A stretch of 64,000 nucleotides of DNA from an uncultured Gammaproteobacteria bacterium (GCA_964402565.1 CAYOCJ010000002.1:316659-380658), one strand, 5' to 3'; counted from the stretch's first letter, positions 37,299 through 46,823 are shown. Numbers and translations: made by a program. Notes: generated from the letters alone by a model not told the origin.

Positions 37299-38090
37299 TT
37301 GGACGACAACAACGAAATCCGAAGGCAGAAGTTGGCCGCCATCTTCAGATGGGGGCTGGGTCTTGTCGGTGCTGCGATCATCTCGCCTGTCGTTTTTTTG
37401 GCGGTGAAAGGCATCGTCGGGCTTGCGCTGGCAGTCGGCATCGGTTTCGCGGTCATTCAACTCGCGCCGGTCGTTGCGATGAAGCTCGCCAATTGGCGTA
37501 TGAAGCTCATCATCGACGAAGCCGAGAAGAATCCGATCGAGACCCTGCGCAACGAAACGCTCGACGCTGCCAAAGCTATCGACAGCAAAGACCAAGAGCT
37601 CGAAGACTGGGATACCGAGCTTCGGACATACGACGACGAACTCGTCAGCATCAAGCGGGATTATCCGGATGAGGCTGCCTCTTTCGAGCGCGTCAGCGAG
37701 GAGATGCATACTGGTCTGACGCAGGCTCGTGAGGAACAACAGCGTGCCCGTTGGGATCTCGAAGAAGCGAAGCGAACCGTCGACAAGATGGAGCGTCTCT
37801 ACAAAATGGCGCTCGCCGCACAACGGGTCAAGAGCTTCTCGAAGACCGCAGAAGAGGCGGTCATGGCTGACATCAGGCAGAAGGCAGCCATGGATTCTGT
37901 GCGCACCAATCTGAACCGGTCGCTTTCGCAGCTCAACACTGCGATGGCGAAACGGGCTGCCCGCCCCGCATTGACGGTTGCAGGAATGGGCCGGCAAGCG
38001 CTTGGCGCTGGTCGTCCCGCTACGATCGACATGTCCACTGATGCGAATCCCGCGAAGGTTCCGGTTCCGCGCGTTCGCGATAAGGAGTGA
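37299..38090 (+). CDS. membrane-anchored coiled-coil protein (island gene L), TTG start
   Basis: gaaggagttggatc-TTG. Two N-terminal TM helices, then a charged helical region. Confidence 0.55.
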   Translation: MDDNNEIRRQKLAAIFRWGLGLVGAAIISPVVFLAVKGIVGLALAVGIGFAVIQLAPVVAMKLANWRMKLIIDEAEKNPIETLRNETLDAAKAIDSKDQELEDWDTELRTYDDELVSIKRDYPDEAASFERVSEEMHTGLTQAREEQQRARWDLEEAKRTVDKMERLYKMALAAQRVKSFSKTAEEAVMADIRQKAAMDSVRTNLNRSLSQLNTAMAKRAARPALTVAGMGRQALGAGRPATIDMSTDANPAKVPVPRVRDKE

Positions 38091-38092
38091 AC

Positions 38093-38227
38093 GTGGGAAA
38101 CAAAAAGTATCGCATCGGCATCACGTTGCTCCTGCTCCTCATCCTGTTCCTCTGTTACGTCTACATCCAGAGCAATTCGCAGTCGTCCGATCCTCAGCAA
38201 GACGAACAAGGCATTCGGCTCCACTGA
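38093..38227 (+). CDS. possible 44-aa hydrophobic micro-protein (not in the ORF track)
   Basis: GTG 5 nt after the AAGGAG that overlaps the stop of gene L. Reads VGNKKYRIGITLLLLLILFLCYVYIQ..., a single TM. Confidence 0.3.
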   Translation: MGNKKYRIGITLLLLLILFLCYVYIQSNSQSSDPQQDEQGIRLH

Positions 38228-38258
38228 GCTGATCACACTGAACAAGGAGACCAACGAA

Positions 38259-39203
38259 ATGAACCTGAGCAAGTCCATCAATCGCATCATGTTCGCCCTG
38301 GCGCTGGTCTGCGTCTCGACGCAGCTCTTCGCGCAGACCCCGTTCAAGGTTGCGTCCAACTCGTCGAGCGGCACGTACGACAGGATGCTCGGCGAGATCA
38401 TTGCCGTCTGCAACAGCGACGAGCTGGAGATCGTGAGCGCTGACGTGAAGGGCGGGGCTGTCGGCAACCTGGACGCGCTCTACAACAACAAGGTGAACGC
38501 CGCGTTCATGCATTCCGACGTGTTCATGTCGAGTGCACAGGCCGACCCGAATTACAACCGATTCCAGACCTTGGTCGCGCTCTATCCCGAGCCGATCCAC
38601 GTGTTGGCGCTGAAGGTATCGAAGACCACGGAGAACGGCGCGCTTCACTGGGGGAAGGCTGCCTTCGGCAGTCTTGCGGAGACCAAGGGCTACAAGGTCG
38701 GTGCAGCAGGTGGCGGTGTCGTGACCGCCAGAATCTTGCAAGGGCAAGGTGAAGGCGGTTTCAGCGTCGTGCCATACAATGACGGCAATGAAGTCATTGC
38801 CGCGCTCGACAAGGGCGAGATCGCTGCGGCGATTTTCGTTGGAGCAGCTCCGCTGCCGAACCTGGAAAAACTGGATAAGCAGAAGTACAAGCTCATCCCG
38901 ATCGGCGCAACGATCGAGAACAAGGTCCAGGGCGTGTATCGTCCGGCCTCGGTGAATTACCCGGGCCTGACAAGCGGCCCGCTGCACACACTCGCGCCCA
39001 TGGCCACGCTCATGACCAAGAAGTACACCACGCCGGCCATGATCGACATGCAGCGCAAGTTCAGGGATTGCTTCAATACCCACCTGGGTGAGCTGAAGGA
39101 CGGCCATTCGCCGAACTGGGAATTCGTCGAGGCCGGCGATCACGGCGTACTCACCTGGTACGAGATCCCGCCTGCAGGTCCTGCGGCTCCCAAGAAGAAG
39201 TAA
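38259..39203 (+). CDS. periplasmic solute-binding protein (TAXI-TRAP / PBP2-like fold), secreted (island gene M)
   Basis: Signal peptide MNLSKSINRIMFALALVCVSTQLFAQ. G-rich binding-protein pattern (GAAGGGVVTARILQG...). No transporter partner nearby. Confidence 0.5.
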   Translation: MNLSKSINRIMFALALVCVSTQLFAQTPFKVASNSSSGTYDRMLGEIIAVCNSDELEIVSADVKGGAVGNLDALYNNKVNAAFMHSDVFMSSAQADPNYNRFQTLVALYPEPIHVLALKVSKTTENGALHWGKAAFGSLAETKGYKVGAAGGGVVTARILQGQGEGGFSVVPYNDGNEVIAALDKGEIAAAIFVGAAPLPNLEKLDKQKYKLIPIGATIENKVQGVYRPASVNYPGLTSGPLHTLAPMATLMTKKYTTPAMIDMQRKFRDCFNTHLGELKDGHSPNWEFVEAGDHGVLTWYEIPPAGPAAPKKK

Positions 39204-39257
39204 GTTCCGCGTTTTCTCAATAACACTGTCTAAAAAGGACTGAGCAGACCTGCTGCT

Positions 39258-39294
39258 CCCCGCCATGTCGCATGACCTGGCGGGTTCTTTTTTT
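39258..39294 (+). terminator. rho-independent terminator closing the island operon
   Basis: cccgcca...tggcggg followed by ttctttttttac. Confidence 0.7.
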
Positions 39295-39357
39295 ACTTGG
39301 CTAATTTCATTCCTTACTATATACTAGTCGCGTGAACCTAAGTATTAAAAGGTAACT

Positions 39358-39732
39358 ATGCTTTCAACATCAGTGATATTTGCTACCGCGCCGACGACAG
39401 ATGTCGCCCGCGCCAAAGAGTTCTATACAGAAAAAGTCGGTCTCAAAGTAATGCATGAAGATGAAGCCGGAGTGGCTCTCGAGGCGGGGAGCGGGTCAAG
39501 TATTTATTTGTATAAGCGTGCTCCGTCAAAGGCTGACCATACAGTCGCTTCATTCATGGTGTCCGACATTGACTCAGAAGTGAACGAGCTTCGTTCAAAG
39601 GGCGTGAAGTTTGAAGATTACAATATGCCCGGCCTCACCACCGAAAATGGCATCGCTACCTGGGGCAAGGACAAAGCAGCTTGGTTCAAAGATCCGGATA
39701 ACAATATCATCGGATTGTTTCAGAAAGGGTAA
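39358..39732 (+). CDS. VOC-family (glyoxalase/bleomycin-resistance fold) protein
   Basis: 124 aa, betaalphabetabetabeta pattern, a WFKDPDNNIIGL-type C-terminus. Confidence 0.75.
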   Translation: MLSTSVIFATAPTTDVARAKEFYTEKVGLKVMHEDEAGVALEAGSGSSIYLYKRAPSKADHTVASFMVSDIDSEVNELRSKGVKFEDYNMPGLTTENGIATWGKDKAAWFKDPDNNIIGLFQKG

Positions 39733-39756
39733 GCATTCTTTGCATGGTTTAAAAAA

Positions 39757-39783
39757 ACGCCGGACAGATATCCGGCGTTTTTG
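39757..39783. terminator. bidirectional rho-independent terminator
   Basis: aaaaaaa-cgccgga-cagata-tccggcg-ttttt, lying between convergent genes. Confidence 0.7.
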
Positions 39784-39804
39784 ATGTGACTAGAGACGCA
39801 TCAA

Positions 39805-40407
39805 TTAAACAAGCGAACCAGTTTTGACTTCTCCTGCACGGCTGTAGTAGGCAATGATAACGCCGGCAGGGGAAACTTTTGAATCGATCAGCTTGTAGGC
39901 CGCAGGCATGGTTCCTTCGGCAAATAAGCGTTTCCCTGATCCCAAAGTCACTGGAAAAATCTTTAACCACAATTCATCGATCAAGTCGTTTTGAAGCAAG
40001 GTTTGTATGAAGTTGCCGCTGCCGTATACTTGTAAGTCGCGGCCATCTGCTGCCTGTAGCTGTTTGATCTGGCCGACAATGTCTCCGGTAAGGACCGTGG
40101 TGTTTTCCCACGATGGCTCGAATTGGCTATGCGAAGCAACGTATTTATGAGCATTATTGAACAGATTACCGATATCGTTCGGGTGGTGCGGCCAGTAAGC
40201 TGCAAAAATAGTATATGTTTTTTTGCCGAGCAATAGATCAAATGGTTTGCTCATTTCATCGGCAACCGCCTTGCCGCCGAACTCATCCATATAGGGAAAT
40301 GTCCAGCCCCCGAATGTGAAGTTTCCCGACTTGTCTTCTTCGGGGCCTCCGGGCGCTTGCAGTATGCCATCAAGCGAGATCATGCTGAGGACTATGATTT
40401 TACGCAT
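39805..40407 (-). CDS. dihydrofolate-reductase-like (RibD C-terminal domain) family protein
   Basis: MRKIIVLSMISLDGI...GKKTY...YGSGNFIQTLLQNDLIDELWLKIFPVTLGSGKRLF matches the RibD_C/YwjB pattern. Confidence 0.8.
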   Translation of the reverse strand: MRKIIVLSMISLDGILQAPGGPEEDKSGNFTFGGWTFPYMDEFGGKAVADEMSKPFDLLLGKKTYTIFAAYWPHHPNDIGNLFNNAHKYVASHSQFEPSWENTTVLTGDIVGQIKQLQAADGRDLQVYGSGNFIQTLLQNDLIDELWLKIFPVTLGSGKRLFAEGTMPAAYKLIDSKVSPAGVIIAYYSRAGEVKTGSLV

Positions 40408-40756
40408 ATCGTTTTTTTAATGTAGATTTTTTATTCAGAACATAGCGGACTGACCTGCTGATGCGCTTATCGGTTCGATGAAAACACCCAAGCCAGCAGC
40501 ATGGACGGCGCATTCCTTCTTTCAGTTCCTTGCGAACACGTTCAACATGTTCTTTTCTGGTTTCCGCCTTTTTTACGAAAATGGTCCAGCATATCCACTC
40601 ATTGCGCGCGAGCGGCGTAATATCCTCCCAAGCAGTCAAGGCTTTGGCGTCCGATATTAATGCCTTCCTCAAATCTGGCGGTAATGCATGTACGACTCCG
40701 CCAGAGATTTTTTTTGTGCTCATGCGTTCTGCTGAGAAGCGCTCCACTGTTTCCAT
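40400..40756 (-). CDS. YdeI/OmpD-associated (DUF1801-like) family protein
   Basis: WEDITPLARNEWICWTIFVKKAETRKEHVERV pattern. Confidence 0.55.
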   Translation of the reverse strand: METVERFSAERMSTKKISGGVVHALPPDLRKALISDAKALTAWEDITPLARNEWICWTIFVKKAETRKEHVERVRKELKEGMRRPCCWLGCFHRTDKRISRSVRYVLNKKSTLKKRYA

Positions 40757-41145
40757 GCGAATTTTGCAATGATCACCGCCGCGAGTATAAGCGTGAAATG
40801 GAAACCGTACTCAATTCGGATGAGCTGATTATAATCGCCCATATGCATGGTGCGGTGCAGGTTGTCATGCGGCCACCAGGATCCGAGCGACCAGGCTATG
40901 GAGAAGAAAACAAGCCAGTCTTTCGTGCTTCGACCACGCATCAGTTTCCATCCAAAAATAAGAAATGCTACAGCAATGCCAAAGCCTATCGCTTCAATAG
41001 CAGCGACTCCCATCAAGAATGGGATTTGAGCTGAACTCGGTTGCATCACATCAGGCAGATCAGGCCATATAATGCGATCAAGAACAAATGCTGCGGCAGC
41101 AGCTACAATTGTGGTGATCACCGGCCACAGTTTCTTTTGTCCCAT
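40720..41145 (-). CDS. hypothetical 4-TM membrane protein
   Basis: 141-aa ORF with TM helices. Overlaps the 3' end of the upstream gene by 37 nt, so the start is uncertain. Confidence 0.45.
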   Translation of the reverse strand: MGQKKLWPVITTIVAAAAAFVLDRIIWPDLPDVMQPSSAQIPFLMGVAAIEAIGFGIAVAFLIFGWKLMRGRSTKDWLVFFSIAWSLGSWWPHDNLHRTMHMGDYNQLIRIEYGFHFTLILAAVIIAKFAWKQWSASQQNA

Positions 41146-41203
41146 AGAAATAAAATTAGCTTATTTATTATGGCAGTAGTGTAACATGAATGGACCGAAG
41201 AAT

Positions 41204-41815
41204 CTAACTTTGTTTTGTGTTGATGCCAACGAAGATCCAGAAGATCCAGGTAATCGTAGTGAGGACCGCAATGGTGACAGGAAACCAAAATGCCAATACT
41301 GAAAACAAGGTATACAAGACGAACCCATAATACCCATAGCCGGTATTTTTGCGGACGGTGTTAAGCAAATTTTCGCTTACGAGATTTCCTGCTATAGAAG
41401 CTCGACCGAGTAATACCCAGCCAAGAGCCTGCAGAGCAAGCACGGCATTATACAAAACAACCGCTGGCGCAGCATACGGAGTGAGAATATAGTTGCCGAG
41501 CAAAGCAGTAGGATATGGCATAACGACAACGGTAAGCAGCAAAAAAGCATTGGCATAGATCGATGCGATGGAGAAGCTGCGAAGAGATTTAAAATTGTTG
41601 TGATGATTGACCCAGGTAATGAAAATAACAACGAAGCTCAGAATAAAAGCAAATACAGACGGAGCAGTGGCCTGCAATGCATTCCACAGATCAGAGGTCG
41701 AATGAATGACGGCAACTGAAGGGATTTTTATATCAATAATAAGCAGCGTCAAGGCAATAGCAAACACGCCGTCGCTGAATGCTTCAATTCGTGCATTGGG
41801 ATTTGATTCGGCCAT
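41204..41815 (-). CDS. TMEM175/DUF1211-family membrane protein (putative K+ channel)
   Basis: RIEAFSDGVFAIALTLLIIDI signature and 6 TM helices. Confidence 0.75.
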   Translation of the reverse strand: MAESNPNARIEAFSDGVFAIALTLLIIDIKIPSVAVIHSTSDLWNALQATAPSVFAFILSFVVIFITWVNHHNNFKSLRSFSIASIYANAFLLLTVVVMPYPTALLGNYILTPYAAPAVVLYNAVLALQALGWVLLGRASIAGNLVSENLLNTVRKNTGYGYYGFVLYTLFSVLAFWFPVTIAVLTTITWIFWIFVGINTKQS

Positions 41816-41913
41816 GAGTTTTCATCATTATATCAGAAACAGCTAATGTTGAGCTACGTATGCTGGTTACATTTTAAAACAGCGAGGTATGTGTTAGACT
41901 GGTAAAGTAACCA

Positions 41914-42681
41914 ATGAAAAACAAACATCAATCACTTGGCTTTACTTTGATCGAGCTGCTGGTAGTCATAGCTATTATTGGCCTTCTGGCGGCAATAGTC
42001 ACGGTCAATGTTAACGCTGCCAGAGAACGAGCCAGAATGGCTCGCGCACTCGGTTTCGAAGCAACGATCAACCACGCGTATACTTCGGATCTAGTCGGCG
42101 AGTGGAAGTTAAATGAGACAGCTGGCACCGTAGCCGCAGATACTTCCGGCACAGGCAATAATGCCAATTTAACAGGCAACCAAAATTGGAGAACAAGCAG
42201 CTCATGCGTTCATGAGGGCTGTTTTTATTTTGACGGGTCTTCGTACTTTGATGCAGGGAATTCGAATACGTTAGGCTATAGCGGCGCTCAATACAAGATC
42301 ATTGCTTTTTGGGTAAAACGCAATGATGCAGGAGTGCTAAGGTATATTGTATCCAAATTTGGAGAATATAATTCAAAGTTTACTGTTACCAATGTATTAG
42401 GCCACGCCTATGGATATACAGGCGGCACACAAGACGCAGGGACAGAATATATCAATGATACAAAGTGGCATTATATTGTGCAGGTTAACGACTGGGTCAA
42501 ACAACGAGCTCTTGGGTATGTGGATGGCGCGTTGACGTTCAATGTAGATCGCAGCACGTATGCGAATCCGCCTTCTACTTTAAATTATCCTTTATTCTTA
42601 GGCAATGAATCAGGCGCTGTAGGCGCTATGTTGGTCGGTTATCTGGATGACGTACGAATTTTCGCTGCGTCAACATTGTAG
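41914..42681 (+). CDS. type IV pilin-like (prepilin N-terminal methylation motif) protein with LamG/ConA-like C-terminal domain
   Basis: GFTLIELLVVIAIIGLLAAI class III signal. The C-terminal region resembles the concanavalin-A-like lectin fold. Confidence 0.7.
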   Translation: MKNKHQSLGFTLIELLVVIAIIGLLAAIVTVNVNAARERARMARALGFEATINHAYTSDLVGEWKLNETAGTVAADTSGTGNNANLTGNQNWRTSSSCVHEGCFYFDGSSYFDAGNSNTLGYSGAQYKIIAFWVKRNDAGVLRYIVSKFGEYNSKFTVTNVLGHAYGYTGGTQDAGTEYINDTKWHYIVQVNDWVKQRALGYVDGALTFNVDRSTYANPPSTLNYPLFLGNESGAVGAMLVGYLDDVRIFAASTL

Positions 42682-42713
42682 CGTGATCGGAATGCATATT
42701 TCTTGAGACACAA

Positions 42714-42742
42714 AAACACGCCTGAGCAGGCGCGTTTTTTAT
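42714..42742 (+). terminator. rho-independent terminator
   Basis: cacgcctgagcaggcgcg followed by ttttttatttc. Confidence 0.55.
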
Positions 42743-42744
42743 TT

Positions 42745-45219
42745 CTAGGCCGGATTCCAGACAGTATGCAGATGCCGTATCCAATACCGCAGCATGCCCA
42801 CCAATCGCGGCGGCAGTTTCTCTATTTTGCCGCAGATCCAATGGATAGAGCGGACATAGCGCAGGACAAAAATGTTTTTGCTTATATAGAGGTCGAATTG
42901 GCTATACTCATTGTTTGCGAATTGGCTCTTAAATGAGCTCTTCCCGCGGGACAGGTCAGCCTTCGCAATGCCGCGTTCATACAATGCAGATAAGAGTTGT
43001 CCTGCAACAAGCTTTCCCGGCATCAGCGATCGAAGCTCTGATCGATACGCCAAATGAGTGGCATAAAAAGTATCATGGCTGACCATGCCGAATGAATGAG
43101 CAATAGGCTTGGAATCCAGATAGAGCAAGCCGACAACGCAATTGGCTGCAGGAGCAGACATGAGCTCCCGATAGAGATCTTGGGCAGCCTTTTCATAAAA
43201 GAGGTCTGTCCGCTCTTTTGGTTTAAAACTATTGTTTTCAATATCGATCATCGCCGGCAATTCAGAAGCTATAGAGCCTGCATGTAGCTGAAACCGCAGT
43301 CGGTCGCCAAATGCGGCGGCTCTATTTTTCAGCATTGCTCTGTGCTTCTTCGACATTAACTGATACGGATCCTGCGTCAATGATACATAAAGGCTCGCCG
43401 AAGAACTGATCAAGCTCGCAGCAGGCTGATCCGATGCAAGAGGGAGCGCAAATCGTTCCTCAAGCTCGGCGATATATACATTTCCGAGAAGCGTGAGCTG
43501 GCTGAATAGAGTTTTCAGCACTTCTTCATTGCTGTCTTTCGTAAGCAAAGATGATTTATCTAAAAAGTGCGAACCCGGCGATCGATAAAAACGTAATCCG
43601 TATTTCTTTTCGATGGTAAGCGGCAGGATTGCGTGCAACGCATTATTTTCGTACACGGTCACGACGGCAAACTCGCGAATATCAAAAGCAGTACGACATG
43701 CAGCGAACCATGCATATGAATTGAAGGGATGCGCATTCTCGGAGCTATTCCAAAGCTGTTCCCATTCGTGTATCAGATCGGGATCTAACTGATGATGGAT
43801 AGAAGCCTGTATATTCGCCACTTGAGAAGTAACCGGTAAGCGCTGATCATTGTCCTGGCGGGGCTTTTTGAATAACCTATCGATAGTTTCAAACAGTGCA
43901 ACTATGGCGGTGACGAAACCCACGAGCACAGGAGCTCCAAAGTAGGTCGTAGCTGTTCGCAGTTTTTTTCGCATGACAACATAGTCCGCAGCTTTGCCAG
44001 GGTCTTGCGTGATCATGTCCTCCAATGGTGGACAGACGAGCGTTGGCAGCATTGCATGTAACAGGCCTTCGAAGCGGTCGTAGATAACCCCGTAGTCAGC
44101 TCTCGAACTTCGCTTATACAGATCAAATTCTTTTTTTGAAAGCTGAGCGAGCGTATCCATATGCACTTTCCTGTTTTTTTCATACAGAGGCAGGATACTA
44201 TTCCAGTCGCAATGATATGCATCTACCAGGTTCGCTAATTCGAGCGCATCGCCGAACCCCGCAGACACGCCTTGTCCGTAAAACGGATAGAACGCATGGG
44301 CTGCATCGCCGAGAATAGCGCTGAAGCCTTCGCGGTGCCAGTGCGAGGTGCGTACGGTTACAAAACTGCCCTCAGGGTTGTGCAAAAGGGCCTCGCTGAT
44401 GACGGGAAGAGCCGGCAATAATGTTGGAAATTCTTTTTCAATGAAGCTTTTGATCGCGTCAGGCGTTGTCAATGCAGCGAATCCCTTTTCCCCATCCTTA
44501 GGCAACGCAAGCATCGCAACATGTGAACCATTACGGTCCGGATGTGACGGAAGGACAGCATCGGTCCGCGTCCAGGCGTATGAGATATTTTTTTCTAATC
44601 CAAGTTTTTGTGCCAGCTCTTTCGGGATCAAGATCTGCTTATAACTCCAATCAGCATATTCTTCAGAGTGCTCTGCATCTAGGCCATGGAGCATGGCCGT
44701 CCTGGTCGCCGAATGAACACCATCGGTTCCTAACACCGCTTGCACCGGCACTTGTTCTATCTTTTTTGAACCTTCATGCTGGATGCAAATGACCTTCTGA
44801 GCATAGTCTATACCTGCGAGAGCAGTGCCGAACTGAAAACTGACATTCGGATAGCTCATTGCTTCGTTCAGGATAATTTCCAAAAGTGTTGCGCGCCCTA
44901 TCGTATAGCAGGGATCTTTTGTTTCGTCCAAGGACGTACAGATAGGCTTCGAGGATTTTTTTATCTCGGTCATGAATCCTTTCAAGCTCAGCGTGTGCGG
45001 CTCAACTTTCTCCCAGAGCCCGGCTTCGCCTAATGCACGCCGTGCATACCTCCGGAAGGTGAGATTGAAACTGCGTTTAGAAGACCGCGCAAGAACATCT
45101 TCCCGGCTTGCCTTTTCATATACAATGACCGTTAAACCTCGCTTTGCGAGCAACGTAGCCAAAAAACAACCGGTTAGTCCGGCTCCTATAATTGCAATTG
45201 GTCGTTTATCGTCGCTCAT
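42745..45219 (-). CDS. FAD-dependent monooxygenase (KMO/UbiH-like) fused to a C-terminal CelD/BioF2-like GNAT acyltransferase domain
   Basis: N-terminal IAIIGAGLTGCFLATLLAKRGL...YEK dinucleotide fold and GD..H FAD motif (ILGDAAHAFYPFYGQG). The C-terminal half carries the Acetyltransf_6-like pattern (FNSYAWFAACRTA...LYLDSKPIAHSF). Confidence 0.75.
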   Translation of the reverse strand: MSDDKRPIAIIGAGLTGCFLATLLAKRGLTVIVYEKASREDVLARSSKRSFNLTFRRYARRALGEAGLWEKVEPHTLSLKGFMTEIKKSSKPICTSLDETKDPCYTIGRATLLEIILNEAMSYPNVSFQFGTALAGIDYAQKVICIQHEGSKKIEQVPVQAVLGTDGVHSATRTAMLHGLDAEHSEEYADWSYKQILIPKELAQKLGLEKNISYAWTRTDAVLPSHPDRNGSHVAMLALPKDGEKGFAALTTPDAIKSFIEKEFPTLLPALPVISEALLHNPEGSFVTVRTSHWHREGFSAILGDAAHAFYPFYGQGVSAGFGDALELANLVDAYHCDWNSILPLYEKNRKVHMDTLAQLSKKEFDLYKRSSRADYGVIYDRFEGLLHAMLPTLVCPPLEDMITQDPGKAADYVVMRKKLRTATTYFGAPVLVGFVTAIVALFETIDRLFKKPRQDNDQRLPVTSQVANIQASIHHQLDPDLIHEWEQLWNSSENAHPFNSYAWFAACRTAFDIREFAVVTVYENNALHAILPLTIEKKYGLRFYRSPGSHFLDKSSLLTKDSNEEVLKTLFSQLTLLGNVYIAELEERFALPLASDQPAASLISSSASLYVSLTQDPYQLMSKKHRAMLKNRAAAFGDRLRFQLHAGSIASELPAMIDIENNSFKPKERTDLFYEKAAQDLYRELMSAPAANCVVGLLYLDSKPIAHSFGMVSHDTFYATHLAYRSELRSLMPGKLVAGQLLSALYERGIAKADLSRGKSSFKSQFANNEYSQFDLYISKNIFVLRYVRSIHWICGKIEKLPPRLVGMLRYWIRHLHTVWNPA

Positions 45220-45480
45220 CCAAAAAATTAATTGGAAAATGTATTAGAAATTCTTTTGCATTTCGGTTTTAAATAACCTGATACTGTACATAAAAGAAGC
45301 TAACTTGTCAATGCACCTGGCGGTATATAATGTCTGATTATTTTTTCTTGGCGCCGAATTGTGGTGGAAGTTAGGAATGCAATTGTTAATTAAAGTGTTA
45401 TAGGGAAGTACGTTTGACAATACACCTCTCGATTGGTAATTTTATCCATTGCCAATACACGCAAATAAGGGAGGGTTGGT

Positions 45481-46119
45481 ATGAGTTGGCCGAAACGAAT
45501 TGTCCTTTTACGTCACGGGGAGTCCGAGGGGAACATTCGGTCGTCAGACGATATTTCTTTTGAAGATAAAGCAAACCATGCGTTTGCGCTTACTGAGAAA
45601 GGCCGGGAGCAAGCTCGAACCGCGGGCATGCGTTTACGCGGAGGATGGCCGGAGTTTGACTCATACTTCTGTTCAACCTTTCAGCGAACACAAGAGACAT
45701 TGTCTCTCGCCTACCCTTCAGCAATACCTGTCATTGATTCTCGGCTCAACGAGCTATGGCGCGGCATTTGGCATACGATGTCGCGTGAAAAAGTCCTGGA
45801 GCTATATCCCGAAGAATCTCGAATACGGGAACGTGAGGGCGAGTACCACTACCGTCCTCCTGGGGGCCAAAGCTGCCAGGACGTTGAACTGATGATCTAC
45901 TCCTTTCTGCTGAGTCTGCGGGCCGACTACGCTGGCAAGAACGTCCTCATCTCGGCTCATGGTAATTGGATGTTGCTCTTTTGGAGAATTGTTTGCAATC
46001 GTTCGCCGATTGCATTCGAGTCTCGCTACAAAGGAGATAAGTACAAAAATTGCGCGATTGCTGAGTACGATGGAACTTCGGCAGGCATCACGCTTATTAG
46101 AGAGGGTGTTCTGCCTTAG
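45481..46119 (+). CDS. histidine-phosphatase superfamily (phosphoglycerate-mutase-like) protein
   Basis: LLRHGESEGN catalytic RHG motif and a later His (ISAHGNW). Confidence 0.85.
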   Translation: MSWPKRIVLLRHGESEGNIRSSDDISFEDKANHAFALTEKGREQARTAGMRLRGGWPEFDSYFCSTFQRTQETLSLAYPSAIPVIDSRLNELWRGIWHTMSREKVLELYPEESRIREREGEYHYRPPGGQSCQDVELMIYSFLLSLRADYAGKNVLISAHGNWMLLFWRIVCNRSPIAFESRYKGDKYKNCAIAEYDGTSAGITLIREGVLP

Positions 46120-46274
46120 CTTTAATAGCTTGTGCCGGGACTTGTCCGACTGTCACCAAGAGCCGCGTTACCGTGTAATTGCTTTATCGGAGCGCGGCTT
46201 TTTCTTTTTACAAAATAAAAAAAGACAGCCCGAGCGCAAAGCCCGAGCTGCCGATCCTGTGGACTGAAACGGAG

Positions 46275-46574
46275 CTACCCGTTTCCTTGCAGGGACATAA
46301 CCAGTCCCTGAACGCCAATCTGGAGTTTTCCCAGGATATAGCGAGTCCAGCCAGGCTTCGGGGGCACTTCGATTTCAAGTGTCCCCGCGACCGCACGCAT
46401 GATGCATTCGAGTGATCGCGCGTGCGGATACTTGGTTTCCCTTGTATCGCCCGCCAATTCACCTTGCAGTGTGCGCGCAAGAGACGTGATCGCCTCTTTG
46501 CCGAGTCCCTTCCTTTTCAGTTGGGAAAGGGCTCGTTCAAGTTCCACCTGAAATTGAAAGATCCGGTCATCCAT
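46275..46574 (-). CDS. small hypothetical protein on a GC-rich patch
   Basis: About 100 aa from the internal Met MDDRIF. The sequence ...EIEVPPKPGW... is faintly HicB/RHH-like but not assignable. Confidence 0.35.
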   Translation of the reverse strand: MDDRIFQFQVELERALSQLKRKGLGKEAITSLARTLQGELAGDTRETKYPHARSLECIMRAVAGTLEIEVPPKPGWTRYILGKLQIGVQGLVMSLQGNG

Positions 46575-46823
46575 GCGATGTTCTCCTTGTGATAGGAATG
46601 GATGTGCCCGAATACCCAAGCAATTTGGGTTCCAGGTTAACAGCGCATAATATAGCTTTTCTAGGAAAAGTCAACTCTATATGAATCCTAACTTCACTGT
46701 TGTATTCAATAAACATTGACTTTTCGGTACTTTTTTGGTACGGTCGAAAGTCTTTTTGATGTTCATTGACAACCGTCTGTGCGGTTGTCTCCAACCATTC
46801 TGGACACCCTGAGGAGGGAGATA

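Noticed and set aside
26120-39300. Interpreting the big island as an integrative element or prophage
   Set aside because: There is no integrase, transposase, terminase, capsid or att repeat. It is treated as an island of unknown origin rather than a recognisable mobile element.
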